From NCBI GenBank assembly GCA_050117845.1, contig JASFLY010000014.1:1-64000 (forward strand): a stretch of 64,000 nt of DNA, in the 5' to 3' direction. Numbering within the stretch: position 1 is the first letter of the stretch; the number at the start of each line of letters is the position of its first letter. A program made the position numbers and the translations under genes. Source of the DNA: Candidatus Zixiibacteriota bacterium. GTDB taxonomy: Bacteria > RBG-13-66-14 > B26-G2 > WVWN01. Below, in pieces: positions 55,680-64,000 of this stretch. Below the pieces are notes generated by a model that saw only the letters and a list, made by a program, of their open reading frames with translations, was not told the DNA's origin and did not search any database.

Positions 55680-55796
55680 ATAGCGGTTTGTACGGTGAAG
55701 CAGGGTGCAATTCCCTCACTATCGCGTAACGGTTACAGTCCGACCCCGTGCAATTTGCCCCGAGGGGCCCGCTTCCGGCTCGCGTCAGGCCGCTAT
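55680..55796 (+). ncRNA. Compact cobalamin riboswitch (AdoCbl-variant / class II-like)
   Basis: Stem TTGTACGG/CCGTGCAA, GAAGC-AGGG-TGCAATT-CCCT T-loop arm, ACTATCGCGTAACGGT arm, AGTCCGA B12-box-like segment; upstream of a B12-independent RNR. Confidence 0.75.
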
Positions 55797-55869
55797 ATAA
55801 AATCGGTACGATACCTGGCGCCCATCGCGCCAGGTTTTTTATTCCATCCAATTCACCGAAGGATGAATC

Positions 55870-57966
55870 GTGTTCGCACAAATCAAAAAACGGAACGGAC
55901 AGGTAGTAGACTTCGACATAACGAAGATAGTGGTCGCCATCGCGAAAGCGGGCGAGGCGACCGGCGAGTTCGATTACGGCGTGGCGGAGTACCTGGCGCA
56001 AGAGGTCGTCGCCCGGGCGGGCCGGGTTATCGGGGACGATATCCCGCAGGTCGAACAAATCCAGGACATCGTCGAGGACGTTCTGTTGCACTCGGAATAC
56101 AAGAAGACGGCCAAGGCCTATATCTTGTACCGGGACCAGCATAACCAACTGAGGGACATCGCGAACGCGTTCAACAACGGCCTGGTCGAGCGTTATCTGC
56201 ACAAGGCCGACTGGCAGGTCAAGGAAAACAGCAACATGTCGTACTCCCTCCAGGGGTTGAACAACTACATATACAGCGAAATAAGCAAGAGCTACTGGCT
56301 CAACAAAGTCTATTCCGAGAACGTCCGAAACGCGCACCTGAACGGCGACCTCCACATCCACGACCTGAACGTCCTCTCGGTGTATTGCGTCGGGTGGGAC
56401 CTGTTCGACCTTTTGATGGAAGGGTTCACCGGCGTGGAGGGGAAGGTGTCGAGCCGGCCAGCGAAGCATTTCAGGTCGGCGCTGGGGCAGGTCTGCAACT
56501 TCTTTTACACGCTCCAGGGCGAGGCCGCCGGCGCGCAGGCGTTCAGCAACTTCGATACGCTGCTCGCGCCGTTCATCGCCTACGACGGCCTGTCGTACAG
56601 GGAGGTGAAACAGGCGCTCCAGGAATTTCTCTTTAACGTCAACGTTCCGACCCGCGTCGGCTTTCAGACGCCGTTCACGAATATCACGCTCGACCTGACG
56701 CCGCCGCGGCACTACGCCGACCGGGCGGTTATCATCGGCGGGGAGCCCCGGGGCAGGACGTACCGCGAGTTCCGGAACGAGATGGATATGTTGAACCGGG
56801 CGTTCTGGGAAATAATGATGGCGGGGGACGCGAGCGGCCGGGTCTTTACCTTTCCGATCCCGACCTACAATATTACGAAGGATTTCGATTGGGATAACGA
56901 TTCCAACGGCCTGCTGTGGGAGGTGACCGGCAAATACGGCCTGCCGTATTTCTCCAACTTCGTGAATTCCGACATGGACCCCGACGACGCGCGCTCGATG
57001 TGTTGCCGCCTCAGAATAGACAATCGGCAGTTGGAGAAACGGGGCGGCGGCCTGTTCGGCGCGAACCCGTTGACCGGGTCCATTGGCGTCATTACAATCA
57101 ACCTGCCCCGTATCGGCCTTCGCGCGAAGGACAAGGAAGGCTTCTTCGCCGGCCTCCGGGAGTTGATGCTCGTCGCCAGGGACAGCCTGGAGATAAAGCG
57201 GAAAGTCCTGGAACGCTTCACGGAGAACGACCTGTATCCTTATACGAAGTTTTATTTGAGGGGCGTTAAAGGCCGGTACGGCAGCTACTGGAAGAACCAC
57301 TTTTCCACCATCGGCATCGTGGGGATGAACGAGGCCATAGGGAACCTCTTCGGCGAGACGATAGCGACGCCGGCGGGGAAGGCGTTTGCCGAAGACGTCC
57401 TCGACTTCATGCGCGGGGAGCTTATCTCCTATCAGGAGGAGACCGGCAATAACTACAACCTCGAGGCCACGCCGGCGGAGGGGGCGTCGTTCCGGCTGGC
57501 GCTCATGGACCGGGAGAAGTACGAGAACGCGGTCTTCGCCAACGGCCGGGGCAAGGATGCGGAGAGCCCGTTTTACACCAATTCGACGCACCTGCCGGTG
57601 GACTTCACGGACGACCTTTTCGAGGCCCTGGACCTGCAGGACGAGTTGCAGGCCAAATATACGGGGGGCACGGTTTTGCATTTTTACCTGGGCGAGAGGA
57701 TGGACGATACGGCCGGCGTAAAAAACCTGGTTAAGACGATATGCGACAATTACCATTTGCCCTATTTCACCCTGACCCCCACGTTCAGCGTTTGCCCGGT
57801 TCACGGATACATCGCCGGCGAGGTTTCGGTTTGCCCGCGGTGCCGAAACCGGTGCGAGGTTTACTCCCGCGTCGTCGGCTATTTACGGCCCGTGAAACAG
57901 TGGAACGACGGCAAGAGGGCCGAGTTCGACATGCGCAAGGATTACGGCCTTAGGCGCGCGGTATGA
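55870..57966 (+). CDS. nrdD: Anaerobic (class III) ribonucleoside-triphosphate reductase with ATP cone
   Basis: IKKRNG ATP cone, GDLHIHDL, SMCCRL, EATPAEG, YTGGT, CPVH/CPRC, YSRVVGY glycyl-radical motif. Confidence 0.96.
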   Translation: MFAQIKKRNGQVVDFDITKIVVAIAKAGEATGEFDYGVAEYLAQEVVARAGRVIGDDIPQVEQIQDIVEDVLLHSEYKKTAKAYILYRDQHNQLRDIANAFNNGLVERYLHKADWQVKENSNMSYSLQGLNNYIYSEISKSYWLNKVYSENVRNAHLNGDLHIHDLNVLSVYCVGWDLFDLLMEGFTGVEGKVSSRPAKHFRSALGQVCNFFYTLQGEAAGAQAFSNFDTLLAPFIAYDGLSYREVKQALQEFLFNVNVPTRVGFQTPFTNITLDLTPPRHYADRAVIIGGEPRGRTYREFRNEMDMLNRAFWEIMMAGDASGRVFTFPIPTYNITKDFDWDNDSNGLLWEVTGKYGLPYFSNFVNSDMDPDDARSMCCRLRIDNRQLEKRGGGLFGANPLTGSIGVITINLPRIGLRAKDKEGFFAGLRELMLVARDSLEIKRKVLERFTENDLYPYTKFYLRGVKGRYGSYWKNHFSTIGIVGMNEAIGNLFGETIATPAGKAFAEDVLDFMRGELISYQEETGNNYNLEATPAEGASFRLALMDREKYENAVFANGRGKDAESPFYTNSTHLPVDFTDDLFEALDLQDELQAKYTGGTVLHFYLGERMDDTAGVKNLVKTICDNYHLPYFTLTPTFSVCPVHGYIAGEVSVCPRCRNRCEVYSRVVGYLRPVKQWNDGKRAEFDMRKDYGLRRAV

Positions 57967-58652
57967 TTGTCGGCGGCTTTCAGCGGTTCTCCCTTATCGA
58001 TTATCCGGGGAAAAGCTCCGCCGTCGTCTTTACGCGGGGGTGCAATTTCCGGTGCCGGTACTGCCACAACCCGGAACTGGTTATCCCGGAGGAATACGCG
58101 CCCGAAATCCCGCTTTCCGAGATTTTCGGTTTTCTGGAACGCCGTCGCAACAGGCTCGACGCCGTGTGTGTTACCGGCGGCGAACCGACCGAGCACGCCG
58201 ACTTGGCCGAGGTGTTGGCGGGAATAAAGGATATGGGGTTTTCGGTGAAGCTGGACACCAACGGCGGCAGGCCGGAAGCCCTCGAGGCCGTCGTCCGGGG
58301 GGGCCTGGTCGATTACCTTGCCATGGATATCAAGGCCCCGCTCGACGATTACGCGAGGGTAACGGGTAGGCCGGCCTCGCCCGAAATAATAAAAAGGAGT
58401 ATTGACCTGATAATGAATTCGGGCGTCGAATACGAGTTCCGGACGACCGTCGCGGCGCCCCTTATTCGCGCGGACGATTTGATAAAAATAGGCCGGACGA
58501 TAGAAGGCGCGGAGAGGTATTATATCCAGAACTTCGTCCCCTCGAAATCGATCGACGCGGCCTCGGCGGGCGAGCGGCCGTATCCGGCGGAAGTGCTCCG
58601 GGAGTTGGCGGGAGAGATGGAAAACTACGTCGCGCGCTGCGGCGTTCGGTAG
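57963..58652 (+). CDS. nrdG: Anaerobic RNR activating radical SAM enzyme
   Basis: SLIDYPG, GCNFRCRYCHNP, TGGEPT, KLDTNG, YEFRTT; ATGA overlap with nrdD. Confidence 0.95.
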   Translation: MIVGGFQRFSLIDYPGKSSAVVFTRGCNFRCRYCHNPELVIPEEYAPEIPLSEIFGFLERRRNRLDAVCVTGGEPTEHADLAEVLAGIKDMGFSVKLDTNGGRPEALEAVVRGGLVDYLAMDIKAPLDDYARVTGRPASPEIIKRSIDLIMNSGVEYEFRTTVAAPLIRADDLIKIGRTIEGAERYYIQNFVPSKSIDAASAGERPYPAEVLRELAGEMENYVARCGVR

Positions 58653-58707
58653 AACGCGGCGCTTTTGCGTTGACTCGCCGGCCTTTTTTGTGCTAGTTTC
58701 TGGGCGC

Positions 58708-58802
58708 GGAGAGGTGGCCGAGTTGGCTGAAGGCGGTCGCCTGCTAAGCGACTGTAGTGGCATAAACCGCTACCCCGGGTTCGAATCCCGGCCTCTCCGC
58801 CA
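58708..58802 (+). tRNA. tRNA-Ser (GCT), copy 1
   Basis: GGAGAGG/CCTCTCC-G-CCA, anticodon arm GTCGC-CT-GCT-AA-GCGAC, long variable arm. Confidence 0.96.
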
Positions 58803-58952
58803 TATATATTTTCGTCCCGGGGGTTCCCCGGGCGTCCGTCCCGCCGGCACCGGCGGGAATTTTCGGCGTAATATATTCCCCCGTTATCTACTTATAAGTA
58901 AATACGGGCGTCGAGGCCGACGCACCTTCGTTTTTACGTCCGGGCCGTTATT

Positions 58953-59405
58953 ATGAAAAAGCTGATCAATATTAACGCCAAGGCCGCCGTTTTCCTGTAC
59001 ATCCTCGTCGACTTTATATGCGCCGGGATCGGGATGGGCGTTCCCATCCTGTGCATCGCGCTCGGCTTTCCGCTGGGTTGGTATCTCGCCCGGCGGGTGT
59101 CGGCGTCCGCGGGTTTCAGTAGGGCGGCGTTGTTGAAGATAGCGCGGTTGTCCCTCGCGGCCGCGGCCTTCACTTTCATATTGATGCTCGGCGTCTGGGG
59201 CTGGACGGCTTCCATGTTCTTCGACGCCGCGGCCGACTTCGAGAACTTCGGCCACCCGCTCATTTTGTACGACCCCAAACTGAGTTACGTCGCGTGGCTG
59301 GCGTTGATGATATTCATCTCGCCCGCCCTGCAATTGTTGACGACTATTTTCGCGGCGTTTATCACGTTGGCCGGGGGCCGGGCGGAGAACGGCGAGAGGG
59401 CGTAA
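58953..59405 (+). CDS. Hypothetical membrane protein
   Basis: About four TM helices, GMGVPIL, FGHPLILYDPK. Confidence 0.72.
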   Translation: MKKLININAKAAVFLYILVDFICAGIGMGVPILCIALGFPLGWYLARRVSASAGFSRAALLKIARLSLAAAAFTFILMLGVWGWTASMFFDAAADFENFGHPLILYDPKLSYVAWLALMIFISPALQLLTTIFAAFITLAGGRAENGERA

Positions 59406-59501
59406 CCGGGAGTATCCGACTCCGTTTATTGGGAGTATCGAAGGGGCGGGCCGGCGTTTGGCGTTGACGAGGCCGGCCCTTTTGTGATAGTTTTTTCGAG
59501 C

Positions 59502-59596
59502 GGAGAGGTGGCCGAGTTGGCTGAAGGCGGTCGCCTGCTAAGCGACTGTAGTGGCATAAACCGCTACCCCGGGTTCGAATCCCGGCCTCTCCGCCA
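59502..59596 (+). tRNA. tRNA-Ser (GCT), copy 2
   Basis: Identical 95-nt sequence to copy 1 including CCA. Confidence 0.96.
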
Positions 59597-59677
59597 TAAT
59601 AAATCTCGCGCGTCGCCGCCGCGCCGCGTCCCTCCGCTTCCCCTTCGCGTTACTACCTAATAGGACGGATATCTAGT

Positions 59678-60241
59678 ATGAAAGAGAACGAACAACGCTG
59701 TCGCCGCCGGGGTAGTTCCACCGAAAGGTTCCTGGACAAGGAGGCCATCCTGCGCGAACTCGATATCCAACCGGGGCAAGTGGTCCTCGACGTCGGCTGC
59801 GGCGACGGTTACATGGCGCGGGAGTTCTCCCGGGCGGCCGGCGATGCCGGCAAGGTTTACGCCCTCGAGCGACACGAGGACGTAATCGAGCAGCTCCGGG
59901 CGGAGCTGAAGGGGACTAACGTCACGCCCGTCAAGGGTGACATCACCGAGGATACGGGGATCGACGCGGCCTCCGTCGACCTTATATACCTTTCGACCGT
60001 GTTCCATATATTCAACGACGAACAGGTGGACGCGTTCCGGCGCGAGGTCGGCCGCGTATTGAAGCCGGGCGGGAAGCTGGCTATAATCGAAATAGACAAA
60101 CGGGAAACGCCCATGGGGCCGCCGCAAGATATGCGTTCCTCGCCCGAGGAGCTGCAGGAAAAAATAAGGATGACGCCGTTGTCCGTCGTCCGGGCGGGGG
60201 AGTATTTCTACATGCAGACGTTCCGGAACGGCGACGCTTAG
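59678..60241 (+). CDS. Class I SAM-dependent methyltransferase
   Basis: VLDVGCGDG, SVDLI, RVLKPGGKL, GPP. Confidence 0.88.
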   Translation: MKENEQRCRRRGSSTERFLDKEAILRELDIQPGQVVLDVGCGDGYMAREFSRAAGDAGKVYALERHEDVIEQLRAELKGTNVTPVKGDITEDTGIDAASVDLIYLSTVFHIFNDEQVDAFRREVGRVLKPGGKLAIIEIDKRETPMGPPQDMRSSPEELQEKIRMTPLSVVRAGEYFYMQTFRNGDA

Positions 60242-60318
60242 GCCGCGCCGGGCCGGGATCACTTTTTTCTGTTGAGGATAACCTGAGCCGGCTCCGCCGG
60301 CTTTTCTTACGAGGCGAT

Positions 60319-60891
60319 ATGAAACAGTATTTCCAACACGAGACTAAACGCCGCGTCCTTCTTCGCTTCGCCGGCGTCCTGTTGGTCCTCGTCGGTTACT
60401 TCGTCTTCGTTTCTATACACTACGGCCTGAAGAACGGCGCCCTTATTTCCGCGCTGACTTGGTCCTTTTTCGTACTCTGCACGCCCATAGCCGACGCCGG
60501 CATCCTGGTGGACTTCCCGGTCCGCCTTCTCCTCCGCGTGCGTATGATCCACAGCGAAATGGCGGTGTGGACGATAGCGATAACGCTAAATATCCTGGTT
60601 TCGGTTTTCTCGCCCGCCACGTACGAGCGAACGGTCCTCTTGCGCCTGTTCCGCGATATACTTACGCGGCCCATCCCGTTCTGGGGGATCATTCTCCTCT
60701 CGGCCGTGGGGACGTACGCCTCCGTGTACTTCGGCGACGAGCTGGTCGACGTGGTAAAGCACGAACACCGGGAAAAGCATCGCCGCCATAAAACGAAGTA
60801 TCGTATACTGCTATTCGTGTTCCTCTTCGCCGCCGCGGCGGTGCTTTACCACTTCCTTCTGAAAGACCTGGGCGTCAAGCTGCCGGTGTAG
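60319..60891 (+). CDS. Hypothetical membrane protein
   Basis: Multiple TM helices, WSFFVLCTPIADAG, His-rich loop KHEHREKHRRH. Confidence 0.78.
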   Translation: MKQYFQHETKRRVLLRFAGVLLVLVGYFVFVSIHYGLKNGALISALTWSFFVLCTPIADAGILVDFPVRLLLRVRMIHSEMAVWTIAITLNILVSVFSPATYERTVLLRLFRDILTRPIPFWGIILLSAVGTYASVYFGDELVDVVKHEHREKHRRHKTKYRILLFVFLFAAAAVLYHFLLKDLGVKLPV

Positions 60892-60921
60892 GCCGGCCCC
60901 CGCGCCGATACCGAGGTTGCC

Positions 60922-61899
60922 ATGAAAAAGGCTCTTTGCTTTACGCTCGCCGCGCTCGCTTTCGCCGCCGCGTGTCCGGCGGCCCGGCACCCCATCGCCG
61001 ACCTTATATCCCTTTACGAATACGAGCGCACGGTCCCGGTCGAATTCGACGAGACGGGCGTTACCGAGGTCGACGGCGTCTTTATTCGGGATATAACGTA
61101 CGAGAGCCCGGGCGGCGGCCGCGTCCCGGCGTTCCTGGTCGAACCGGCGCCGGCCGACGCGCCCGGGGGCGGCCCCGGCGTCCTCTTCGGCCACCGCAGC
61201 TACGGCAACCGGGCGGAGTCTCTGCCCGAAGCCATCGCGTACGCCCGGGCGGGCGCGGTGTGTCTTTTAATCGACTTCCCCTGGGCCCGGCCCGAACCAT
61301 GGTACGAATCTATCGGCAACATCCTCGACCCGGCGGCCGACCGGAAAGTGTTAATTCAAACCGTCGTGGATCTGCGCCGGGGCCTGGACCTACTGCAATA
61401 CCATCCCGGCTGCAACGGTGACCTGGCGTACGTGGGCCACAGCGTCGGCGGCCAGTGCGGCGCGATACTGTCGGCCGTTGACAGCCACCGCCTCAAGGCC
61501 GTCGTCATTACCGGGGGCGCTCCTTCGCAACGGGACGTCATGCTGTACAGCGACGACCCGGGCATCGCCGCGATCCGGGCGATACTCGGCATGGACCGGA
61601 TCCGCGCCTATTGCGACGCGATGGAGGACTTCGACGGCGAGAAGTACGTGCGGTGGACGCAGGCGGGAATAATCCTCTTCCAGTTCGGCCGTTATGAACG
61701 GTACGCGAACGCGGACATGATGCAACGATACGCGGAGGTTGCGGCCGGGGAGCCGGGCGTAATCGTATACGACGCCGGCCACGCCCTCTGCGATCCCCGG
61801 GCCTACCGCGACCGGGCGGCGTGGCTGGTCGGGCACGTCGGGTTGGATTCGCCGGTATTCGAGGCCCTGGGCGTCGACGACGGCGCCGGAGAGGAGTAG
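60922..61899 (+). CDS. Secreted alpha/beta hydrolase (acetyl-xylan-esterase-like)
   Basis: Signal peptide, RVPAFLV, GHSVGG, FQFGRYE, YDAGH. Confidence 0.82.
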   Translation: MKKALCFTLAALAFAAACPAARHPIADLISLYEYERTVPVEFDETGVTEVDGVFIRDITYESPGGGRVPAFLVEPAPADAPGGGPGVLFGHRSYGNRAESLPEAIAYARAGAVCLLIDFPWARPEPWYESIGNILDPAADRKVLIQTVVDLRRGLDLLQYHPGCNGDLAYVGHSVGGQCGAILSAVDSHRLKAVVITGGAPSQRDVMLYSDDPGIAAIRAILGMDRIRAYCDAMEDFDGEKYVRWTQAGIILFQFGRYERYANADMMQRYAEVAAGEPGVIVYDAGHALCDPRAYRDRAAWLVGHVGLDSPVFEALGVDDGAGEE

Positions 61900-61901
61900 G
61901 A

Positions 61902-62543
61902 ATGACGACGGGGGAGAAGCCTTCCTGCCGGGAGTTCTTCGACGGGCTGGCGGCCGGTTGGGACGACGGCACGCATCACGACCCGGAGAAGCTGGCGTTC
62001 ATCGCGGACCTGTTGGCCCTGCGGCCGGGCCACGCGGCCCTGGACGTCGGCTGCGGCACGGGCGTTATGGTCCCGCAGTTGCTCGCGCGCGTCGCGAACG
62101 GGGGGGGCGGCTCCGGGCGCGTGGTCGGCGTGGACTTCTCGGCCGAGATGATAGCCGTCGCCCGCCGTAAGTTCCCGGCGGTCGAGTTTCCCAATGTCGA
62201 ATTCCTGATCTGCGACGTGGACGAGTTGCCGGAGGGGCCGACGTACGACGGCGTCGTGTGCTACTCCTGCTTCCCGCACTTCCGCGACCAGGCCGGGACG
62301 ACGCGCCTGTTGGCCCGGCGCTTGAGGCCCGGCGGCCGGCTGTTGGTGGCCCACTCCGAATCGCGCGACGCCATTAACGACATGCATCGCGGCTTCAGCG
62401 AGCCGGTGCGCGCGGATTATTTGCCGCCCGTGGCGGAGATTGGGGCGATGATGGAGGATGCAGGGTTGGCGGTGGTCTGCGAGGTGGACAGCGCGGACGC
62501 CTTCGTCGTGGGCGGGGAGTTGCGGCCTAGCTCTCGCCCGTGA
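61902..62543 (+). CDS. Class I SAM-dependent methyltransferase
   Basis: FFDGLAAGWD, LDVGCGTG, GVDFSAEMI, YSCFPHF, LRPGGRL. Confidence 0.9.
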   Translation: MTTGEKPSCREFFDGLAAGWDDGTHHDPEKLAFIADLLALRPGHAALDVGCGTGVMVPQLLARVANGGGGSGRVVGVDFSAEMIAVARRKFPAVEFPNVEFLICDVDELPEGPTYDGVVCYSCFPHFRDQAGTTRLLARRLRPGGRLLVAHSESRDAINDMHRGFSEPVRADYLPPVAEIGAMMEDAGLAVVCEVDSADAFVVGGELRPSSRP

Positions 62544-64000
62544 ACCGGATGCGCTGCGGTTCTCCCAGTTCGTCGTTCCAGTGAAGCAATTTAAAGTCGG
62601 GGTCCCCCCCGGCTTTTTCCGTTACTATCTCGACGAAGGGGAATTCTTCGCCGCTGCGCCGGAGCATCATGCGCTCGTCGAACACCGGCGTCCAGGAGCC
62701 GGTGTTCAGTTCCCACTGGCTCGGCCGGCGGTCCTCTCCCTCGCCGCCGTCTTCGACGGGCCGGGCGTACGCGACGTGGGTGTGGCCGAAGATAACGAAG
62801 CGGGCGCGCCGGGGGCCGAGGAGGTGGGCGACGCCGGCCGCGGCCTTGTTCAGATAGCGCTCCGGCTCGGCGTCGAAATAGCGCGCCAACAGGTCGCCCT
62901 TCAGGTCGTGGAGGACGTAAAAACTCAGGCCCCCCAGGACGAGGAAGGCGGCCACGCGGGCCAGCGTGAAATCGCCGTAATATACGCAGAGCCCCGCGAA
63001 GACGAGAGCGAGCACCGCCAGGGCGAGGTAGTCGAGCGCTTTAACGATGCCCATCGCGATCCGGGGCTTGGGTTTGGCCGCGGCGCGTATTCGCGCTATG
63101 ACGGCGTCGAGTGCGTCGGCCCCGGCGGAATCCAGGCCGGCTCCGTCCTCGCCCAGGGCCCGGGCCGCTTCCTCCATCGCTTCGTCGTCGTCGGCCTCGG
63201 GCCTCTCGCCGAACGAGCCGTAGTATATCCGGGCGAGTTCCGGCAAGCGCAGGTCGCTCGTTCCGCCGTCGCCCGTCTCCGCCCGGGCGCCGTCGGCGCC
63301 CGCCAACCGGCCCATCACCCGGAGGTTCCGCTGCTTGTTCGCGCGATATTCCTCCCGGTGCTTGCGGCGGACGAAGAACAACCCCGCCACGCCGAGGACC
63401 AGGTACAGTGCGAACTGCACGACGCGCCGTTCGCTCTTCAGCATCTCCTTCAAGGCCAGCAGGTCGAAACCGTGGAACACTTTTTTGCGGACGGTCTTGG
63501 CGATGCAACGGACCAGCGACGGGAATTTAAGCAGGGCCAGGCCCGGTTCCCGCGTGATTATCCAGAAGAGCGCCTTGGCCTGGGGCCGGATGTTATCGGC
63601 GAACGGGACTTGCCGCTCGACGTCGTTGAAGAAGTACCGCACGAAGGACGAGCCGAAGAGCGGGAAGCGAATCGTCCGGGCCCCCGTCTTCCCGTAGAGC
63701 ATCACCGGGTCCAGGTAGAACGTGAAACGGTTGGTGTCGTCGTACTGGCCGCCGTGCTCGGCGTAGAAGAGGCCCTTCTCGTAATAGAACCACGGCGAGA
63801 AGAAGACCCGCGACGTGACGTCGGCGTCGGGGGAGAGCCGCCGGGCCATGCGGTTCAAACGGTCGACGAGATAGCGACGCAACTCCGCGTACGTGAACTC
63901 GGGGTCGTGGTTCCCCTTCACGACGACGAGTTCGTTGCCGGCGGCCAGAAATTCGGCCAGGGCGGCGAAGAAGGCCGTATGGCCGTCGATTATCCGGGCG
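62527..64000 (-). CDS. Calcineurin-like metallophosphoesterase with internal TM segments (5' end outside window)
   Basis: KGNHD, EHG, IFGHTH and NTGSW motifs; frame open to the window edge. Confidence 0.82.
   Translation of the reverse strand, partial: ARIIDGHTAFFAALAEFLAAGNELVVVKGNHDPEFTYAELRRYLVDRLNRMARRLSPDADVTSRVFFSPWFYYEKGLFYAEHGGQYDDTNRFTFYLDPVMLYGKTGARTIRFPLFGSSFVRYFFNDVERQVPFADNIRPQAKALFWIITREPGLALLKFPSLVRCIAKTVRKKVFHGFDLLALKEMLKSERRVVQFALYLVLGVAGLFFVRRKHREEYRANKQRNLRVMGRLAGADGARAETGDGGTSDLRLPELARIYYGSFGERPEADDDEAMEEAARALGEDGAGLDSAGADALDAVIARIRAAAKPKPRIAMGIVKALDYLALAVLALVFAGLCVYYGDFTLARVAAFLVLGGLSFYVLHDLKGDLLARYFDAEPERYLNKAAAGVAHLLGPRRARFVIFGHTHVAYARPVEDGGEGEDRRPSQWELNTGSWTPVFDERMMLRRSGEEFPFVEIVTEKAGGDPDFKLLHWNDELGEPQRIRFTGES

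Noticed and set aside
55660..55685. Possible NrdR box upstream of nrdD
   Set aside because: Poor match to ACAC(A/T)ATAT(A/T)GTG and no tandem copy
58708..59596. Integrative element bounded by attL/attR
   Set aside because: No integrase; the full gene and promoter are duplicated rather than a 3' fragment
1620..63793. Many long antisense or alternate-frame ORFs (e.g. 48457..50799, 55624..57804, 32835..34433, 8352..9827)
   Set aside because: Shadow ORFs expected in high-GC coding DNA; they overlap well-supported genes and have no motifs

Overview
High-GC chromosomal window from a diderm bacterium. A lipid A acyltransferase, Lnt, a PorV-like gene and a T9SS-type C-terminal domain suggest an FCB-superphylum candidate lineage (inference only). 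The window holds about 55 CDSs and three tRNA genes: Leu-CAA and two identical Ser-GCT copies duplicated together with their promoter. Housekeeping and metabolic genes are an ArcE-like/carbamate kinase pair, amtB-nadE, PfkB, ComM/YifB, and nrdDG behind a compact cobalamin riboswitch. Other blocks are a CsoR-headed metal transport operon, an orphan ImmR/ImmA pair beside tRNA-Leu, and a low-GC single-gene defence islet (nuclease-TPR-GreA/B-C-PIN). The most striking content is the secretome. Five secreted beta-propeller proteins end in the same short tag (V-x-P-A/T-S-h-G-R/K-h-K/R-A-L/M-F/Y-R-stop). Four of them are interleaved with four mosaic Cys/His-rich lipoprotein paralogs in a duplicated array (37.9-44.0 kb). 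An orphan copy of the tag alone survives between REP-like palindromes at 17.7 kb. A 2,190-aa protein carries FG-GAP repeats plus 16 Ig-like repeats. Two unexplained structured leaders lie before amtB and before a radical SAM gene. All calls come from motif recognition by eye; no searches were run.
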